Both the position numbers and the translations under genes were made by a program. A stretch of DNA of 64,000 bases, from NCBI GenBank assembly GCA_051294375.1, contig JBJCIZ010000028.1, positions 868,437 through 932,436 on the forward strand, given 5' to 3'. The DNA is from Paraspadella gotoi. Lineage: Eukaryota; Animalia; Chaetognatha. Each line of letters opens with the position of its first letter. Position 1 is the first letter of the stretch. This document shows positions 60,210-64,000 of the stretch, piece by piece. The notes under the pieces are model-generated. The model had not been told where the DNA came from and ran no database searches. It saw only the letters and a program-made list of their open reading frames with translations.

Positions 60210-63200
60210 ATGTTTGCCTCCTCGGGCTACTTTAAGAGCGTCCCATGCCCTTACTATGTCAGCGGCCTTTGTGAACGGCCTTATTGCCACTTTAAACACG
60301 CGCTTCCGGAAAAGCCAGTGCCTTACGCAAGGGCGGCTCCTGCCGCTCCGACGCCGTCGGACGCGCGGAAGGGATCAGGTGAGCACTGAGCAGTTTGGGA
60401 TTTCCTTGTCGAGTTGTTAAACCATTATAACAATTATCCCCTCATTCAATACATAAATAGCTTTTTATCTCCTGACTTTTGACAAACATGGTAGGGTTAT
60501 GGCCTGCATCCCTCTTACATCCTCTCTTATCACAGAAAGACCCTACCTTTTAATCAAGGCTCTCTCACAATCAGTCTACTTACAGTGTTACCCCCATGTT
60601 TCAGCCATTTTTTCTCCAAAAAATTTATTTGCCACAGGCTTATGTTAACCTATTTTATTCGGTATTTGGTATTCCTTCAAACTTATACATCTTTGAAATT
60701 CCTATTTCACCTCCCGCCCCCCCAGCGTCGCCTTCGTCCTCTTCATCAAGTAATCCCCCGTCGACGGGCAATTTGGCGACGATCTCCGCCTCCCTCGACG
60801 CCGTCCGCAAATCCCCGGCGCCGACGGGTCTCCCTCAGCTCCTCGATCTCTTCTCGCAGGTTTGCTGACGTCCGGATCGGAAAACTACGCCACGCCCACT
60901 GTATATCTATTAACCCGAACGTGCCACGCTCTAGTTTACCGAGGTCATCTCCGAGGTCAAGAACGCCGTGGTGCAGCAAACCGACCGGAAGGGATCGTCC
61001 ACCGACGTCGCCGACGAGGATGCGGGGACGGCTGCGACTTTGTCCGGCGTTTCCGGCGAAGCTCCCCCGACGGCGAAGACGAGCGAAGCGACGACGTCGA
61101 TGGCCAACGAGATTCCGTTCGGGATTCCAAAAGCCTCTTACAATCTGCAGCGGCCCGTCGTTGGTGAGAAGTTGTGAATGAAATTGCATTGACCAATTGA
61201 CTCAGTCTAGCAGAACGTGTACGTCCTCGTTGTCCCTCTGATCAGGACTCAGAGTATTTATTTACGTTTTAAGGTATAAACGTTGTCGAGCATTACTATC
61301 TTGCAAGAGATTTTTCCTATGTACGAGGATTATCGATTTTGATTATTGGCGTTTTCGTTTCTTTTAGTTAAGCCCAAGTGCAAGGTCAAGCTACCTCAAC
61401 ATTATCCCGCTTACAATCCGACGCCAAAGAGTATTTTGGTGAGTATTAAATTAAGAATTTATATACTGTCCTGCTTACAAGTTCCTTCATTAATGAAAGA
61501 TCATAAATTTCGTGAAATTAAAGATTAGTCGAAGGATAATGTACAGAGCTTTCGCCTTAATAACCTTATATTGATAACTGCAATATGCAAATGAGATCGT
61601 ATGCATTGACATACAATTTTAATTTTAATTACAACAGCGACAACAGCAGCATCAGAAACAGAGTGAAGCTCAGCATCATCCGCAGCAGCAGCAGCAGGAG
61701 CCTCCCGCCCCCAAAATCATCCCTCTTAACCCGGTGGAGGAAAAGGAGGGAAAAAGAGATCAAGAAAATGAGAGAGAGAAGGATGAAGAAGGAGAGAAAG
61801 AAGGAGAAGAAGAAGGAGAGAAAGAGGGAGGAGACGGGAAGGAGAATGTGGAGGAAGAAGCAAATGAAGGAGAAGTGGAGTCGGAAAAGAAGAAAGTGGA
61901 GAGAGAAGGAGAGGGGCTAGAGGAGGTGGAGCAGGAGGAAGAGGAGCAGAAGGAAAAGGAGAAGTCGGGCGTCGACCAAGTAATTGAGGAAGACGCAGAA
62001 TCGAAAGTCGCGGACGACGAGACCAACGACTTGGAGGAAGGCAACGACGTCGCCGACTCCGTCTCCGAAGACGTCGCCGAAACGACGGCTCCCTCGACGG
62101 CGCCGCCCGAAACCGGCGTCACCGGCGTCGATGGATCATCCCCAGTCGACGCCAACAAATATCTCTTGGCGACGACGACGCGTCCGAGTTCTTCCCTCGA
62201 ATACGATCCCGTCTGCAATTACGAGGCGGAGACCGACGCCGTCAGAAAGCGGAAGAGCAACGAGGGCGCGCCGCCCGAAAATGCGGCGTCGGAGACCGCG
62301 CCGGGGTCGGAGGGCTTGGCATCGTCGCCGGTTCGAGCGGAGAAGAAGAAAAAGTTTAACTTGAACCGCGCGGGGCCGTTTACTGGGAGGAGAGGAGGGA
62401 AGAAGGAGGCGGGGGAGGAGAATAAGGGGGATGGAGTGGGCGAGGGGATTTCGAAGACGTCGACGAGTTCTGAAGGAGAAGAACCCGTTAAATCTCAAAG
62501 AAGGAAGACTGAAAAATCGGAGAAGGCTGCGGCGGCGGCGGCGGCTGAAGCTGCGTCCGCTGCGAGAATCGACGTAAAGGTGGGAAAAGAATCTCGAAAG
62601 GAGAAAAAAGAGAATAAAAGTAAAGGAGCCAAAACGACGACGACGACGAAGACGACGAAGACGACGAAGACGAAGACGAAAGAGGAAAAACTTAAAACCA
62701 TCGACGACATTTCCGACGATTCGTTGGATGACGACGATGTTGGGGACGACGAAAAAGTTGAGGGAGTCGGTGCGACCGATTGCAAGAAGACTCGCCGTTC
62801 CTCCTCGGAGGAGGAGAGAGAGATCATTAAGAGAGAGATTGAAAAGGGGAGGGGTTCGTCGGAGGCGAAGGCGACGGTAGAGGCGAAGGCGAAGACGACG
62901 GCGGCGAAGGCGAAGAAGGACAAGTTAACGATGGCCGACATCTCGTCGGATTCTCTGTCCGAGGATGAGGACGAAAAACCGACGAAAATTGAAAAGAGGA
63001 AAGATGAAGCGAAGAAGAAGGAAGAGAAAAATGAGAATGGAAGAAGAGTTGACGAAAAGGAAAGAAAGAAAGAAGAGAAGAAAGGAAAAGAGAAGGAAGG
63101 AAAAGAGAAGGAAGGAAAAGAGAAGGAAGAAAAGGAGACAGTAAAACGGGACAATAAGCGTCATGAAAAGAACGACTCGCGAACCAAAGATCATAAGGAC

Positions 63201-64000
63201 AAGAAGGAAAGTCACAAGGACAAATCGCGAAAACACGAAAGTCGCAATGACAAGAAATCGTCGGAAAGACATCGCGAGGAACCGTCCAAGGACAAGTCGA
63301 CATCGTCGACGTCGTCTCATCGACGAAGCAAACACGAAAACAAACGTGAACGGGAAAACAAAGAAGAAAACAATGATTTTGCTGGGAGAGAGAAAGGAAA
63401 ATCTAAAAGGAAAGCCACGAGCGACGGGAAGTCGAAGGAAGACGGGAAGAATGACGGGAAGGAGACTGGAAAGAAAACTAGTAGTCGAAAAGACGGGGAG
63501 AAAAAAATATCTTCATCGAAAAAAGGAGACGCGAAAGTCGAAGAGAAAAACTCGAAATCTTCGAGCGAAAGGAAAACATCCGGCGGCGGAAATTCTCGGC
63601 ACCGGAGCGGCCGGAAAGATGGTGGGAGGAAAGAGGATAAGATTTTGAAGAAATCGAGGAGAAGGTCGTCTTCTTCTTCTTCTTCTTCCTCGTCCTCTTC
63701 TTCCTCCTCCTCTTCCTCCTCGTCGGAGGACGAAAAAGAAAAGCGTCCGAGCGTCAAGAGAAAAGTCAGCGACGCCGCCGACGCCGGCGCCGCCAAGAAA
63801 CGAAAGAAGGAGAGCGGCGCCGCGGCGCGCCCGGACCTCACGGACGACGCCATCAAGGAGGCGGAGGACGTTGAGAAGCGGCTCGTCAAGAAGATCAACG
63901 ATCAGCTGTTCGGAGATACGAGCAGCGAGGAGGAGGAAAAGGGAGGAAAGGAAAAGGGAGGAAAGGAAAAGGGAGGAAAGGAAAAGGGAGGAAAGGAAAA
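60210..64000 (+). CDS. REXO1: RNA exonuclease 1 homolog, N-terminal part (3' partial; nuclease domain outside window)
   Basis: Exons 60210-60378, 60726-60859, 60935-61163, 61368-61438, 61638->64000. N-terminal MFASSGYFKSVPCPYYVSGLCERPYCHFKH and KYLL..RP...LEYDPVCNY match recalled REXO1 motifs (CPY..C.RPYCHFRH; LEYDPLSNY). A long K/E/D/S low-complexity region follows. Confidence 0.85.

Noticed and set aside
61760-63898. Long minus-strand Ser/Phe-rich ORFs (and similar antisense ORFs over other exons)
   Set aside because: They are shadows of GC-rich or K/E-rich + strand exons and microsatellites, with no independent domain or splice support.

Overview
Compact, intron-rich metazoan (invertebrate-like) genomic DNA from a draft assembly with N-gaps and homopolymer indels. 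Exons are GC/CpG-rich and introns AT-rich. By hand-splicing I find 12 protein-coding genes, all on the + strand: an Ig-superfamily type I membrane protein (5' partial), NT5C2, ATP5F1D, BTBD17-like, CHP1, a centriolin-like coiled-coil protein without LRRs, PLPBP, ARHGAP12/27-like, ALKBH6, an orphan membrane protein, a class I PITP and REXO1 (3' partial). Introns carry MITEs, a long-TIR foldback element, a CRE-like non-LTR fragment, short dispersed repeats and a minimal hammerhead-like motif. About 28.2-31.6 kb is probably an uncollapsed duplicate of the CHP1 3' region. The most unusual signal is an exon-centred dyad symmetry. An extended octamer (ACTRCAATATGCAAATGAGATT) occurs in many introns and points toward the nearest exon: forward in the acceptor half, reverse in the donor half, in 16 of 16 exact-octamer intronic copies found by eye. 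In addition, GC skew flips from C-rich to G-rich across exons, and splice signals are weak. All gene models and homology calls are by eye and from recalled family sequences; no searches were run.
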